From Candidatus Latescibacterota bacterium (GTDB lineage Bacteria; JAAXHH01), in the NCBI GenBank assembly GCA_012270975.1, contig JAAXHH010000141.1, forward strand, positions 122,335-186,334: 64,000 bases of DNA, read 5' to 3'. Positions 62,781-64,000 of this stretch are shown piece after piece. Both the position numbers and the translations under genes were made by a program. Under the pieces are notes generated by a model. That model saw only the letters and a list, made by a program, of their open reading frames with translations, was not told the origin of the DNA and did no database searches. Each line of letters starts with the position of its first letter. The stretch's first letter is position 1.

Positions 62781-63647
62781 TTACCCCAGGTAGCGCCTGA
62801 GGTTGTCGAGCCCGATGCGAACGCCGTCGATGGGATGCTCGAGGCCTTCGAATTCGATGGAAAGCACGCCATCGTAGCCGTGCCGCGAAAGGATGTGCAG
62901 GCAGGACGCCAGGGGTACTTCGCCATGCCCGACGATGGCGCCCTTTAGATAGTTGCCTCCCCGCGTCCTGAACCAACCCTCGCCCGGGTTGGGCGCCGTG
63001 CCCGGCTTTGCGTGGAAGTCCTTGGCGTGGACATGAAAGGCATAGGGGATCAGGCGGCCCACGGCAGTATCCGGCGATTCATCCACGCACAGGAAGTTGC
63101 CCATGTCGATGAGCACGCCGAAGTTCTCGTGATTCACGCCGGCGACCAGTCTTTCCACCCGTTCGCTGTCCTGGCAGAACAACCCGTGGTTCTCCACCAT
63201 GGTCCGGACCCCCAGGTCCGCCGCGAACTCCGTCACTGCGCGGATCGCCGGAACAAGGATGGGCAGCGCGTCGTCGAATGAGCGGCCGCCTGGATGGCCG
63301 TTCGCAAATCCCCGGGTGGCATCGTGTCGCATGCCGGGCGCACCGAGCAGATGGGCGATGCGCACCTCGTCCTTCACCCGTTCCACCTCGTCCTTCCAGT
63401 TCTCCCCGCTCCCGTTGATGAAATCCGCTCCGACCGTGTAATTGGCGATGGGGAGGCCAGCCTCATGGCAGGCCGCGCGCACGTCGGGGGCGTATCGTTC
63501 GAATGTCTGCCCCTCAGGCGGGTGCAGCGAGGAAAACTCGATCACGTCATATCCGAGTTCCGCCGTCTTCCGTATCGCGTCGAATTCCGTCATCTCCCCG
63601 CGGCGCATCAGTCTGCTGTAGCTGTAAGAACTTACCCCGATCTGCAT
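62781..63647 (-). CDS. Sugar-phosphate isomerase/epimerase (xylose-isomerase-like TIM barrel, AP-endonuclease 2 family)
   Basis: 288 aa, starting MQIGVSSYSYSRL… with VENHG and EFEG metal-ligand motifs. Confidence 0.8.
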   Translation of the reverse strand: MQIGVSSYSYSRLMRRGEMTEFDAIRKTAELGYDVIEFSSLHPPEGQTFERYAPDVRAACHEAGLPIANYTVGADFINGSGENWKDEVERVKDEVRIAHLLGAPGMRHDATRGFANGHPGGRSFDDALPILVPAIRAVTEFAADLGVRTMVENHGLFCQDSERVERLVAGVNHENFGVLIDMGNFLCVDESPDTAVGRLIPYAFHVHAKDFHAKPGTAPNPGEGWFRTRGGNYLKGAIVGHGEVPLASCLHILSRHGYDGVLSIEFEGLEHPIDGVRIGLDNLRRYLG

Positions 63648-63733
63648 GGTACACCCCTGAAATGTTATAGTCTAACCGATTTGATTTGGATATGCGTATG
63701 AGCCGGTCAGCCGGTCAACAGACGGTCCGACGG

Positions 63734-64000
63734 GTCACGATGCGGAAACCACGGGATGGAGAACGGTATCCTCGAAGTCGGCGAGGACTTCCGACACTTC
63801 CGGCGCATCGGGGAAGAACGAAAGAATGCGCAGCAGCACGTTGTCCAGCATGATATCGGGACAGGAGGCCCCGCAGGTAAGGATGACATCGACGGGCCGT
63901 GAGGCCGGGAGCCAGTCGATGGTCGCTATGATTGACCTGGTTTCCAGGTCGAAGTGGCGGATCTGTCTATCCGACAGGATGTCTTTGCTGCTGTTGATGA
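63734..64000 (-). CDS. C-terminal fragment of an unidentified protein; the gene continues beyond the window end
   Basis: The reverse frame reads …INSSKDILSDRQIRHFDLETRSIIATIDWLPASRPVDVILTCGASCPDIMLDNVLLRILSFFPDAPEVSEVLADFEDTVLHPVVSAS*, ending at TGA (63734-63736). It has no family assignment. The track's 63707..63889 ORF is in a different frame. Confidence 0.35.

Noticed and set aside
63707-63889. 60-aa ORF on the minus strand at the window end.
   Set aside because: A different minus-strand frame is open from the window edge to TGA at 63734. It encodes a more protein-like C-terminal sequence. The 60-aa ORF is probably a shadow frame.

Overview
The window is a 64-kb, high-GC (about 60-65%) chromosomal segment from a Gram-negative bacterium. 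The Gram-negative call rests on Tat and lipoprotein signal peptides, a TolC/RND/MFP efflux set and LspA. Coding density is about 90%, and I found no rRNA, tRNA, CRISPR array or obvious mobile element.

Gene content from left to right:
1. A sugar-acid catabolic island (1-14.8 kb). It holds an IlvD/EDD dehydratase, a PhyH dioxygenase, Ppx/GppA, a 2-hydroxyacid dehydrogenase, LdcA, a Tat-exported GMC oxidoreductase with its small subunit, a Tat-exported HisC-family aminotransferase, an HpcH aldolase, UxuA, an enolase-superfamily dehydratase and two cytoplasmic BNR/sialidase-like paralogs.
2. A complete Rrf2-sufBCD-sufT-sufS iron-sulfur cluster operon (15-21 kb). It is flanked on both sides by short degenerate tandem repeats.
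3. Two divergent PhyH dioxygenases around an AT-rich island (21-23 kb).
4. A tightly packed signalling cassette (23.2-28.6 kb): STAS antagonist, receiver-PP2C phosphatase, RsbW-like serine kinase, LivJ-like binding protein and HAMP histidine kinase.
5. A long minus-strand operon (28.7-35.9 kb) joining a ZIP transporter, a second LivJ-like binding protein, three SPFH (HflK/HflC-type) proteins and a His-rich COG0701 permease. The HflC-like gene is frameshifted.
6. A four-gene operon of circularly permuted ATP-grasp, alpha-E and transglutaminase-like proteins plus an alpha/beta hydrolase (36.3-41.5 kb).
7. A heptosyltransferase and an RND efflux trio (41.5-48.6 kb).
8. An aldo/keto reductase, an acetoacetate-decarboxylase-like protein, a class III aminotransferase, a lipoprotein and a ComM/YifB ATPase (48.6-54.9 kb).
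9. yggS-yggT-divIVA, a degenerate PNP-like protein, a DksA/TraR protein, LspA, RluD, a GAF-PP2C phosphatase, a Gfo/Idh/MocA oxidoreductase and a sugar-phosphate isomerase (55-64 kb).

The most notable candidates for undescribed biology are:
- the Tat-dependent periplasmic oxidase plus aminotransferase module;
- the binding-protein to kinase to receiver-PP2C to partner-switching cassette;
- the ATP-grasp/alpha-E/transglutaminase-like/hydrolase operon;
- the SPFH-plus-metal-transporter operon;
- the repeat tracts flanking the suf operon.

The six-frame track sometimes reports GTG or TTG starts as M, so several start codons are alternative starts. Start sites are generally less certain than gene identities.
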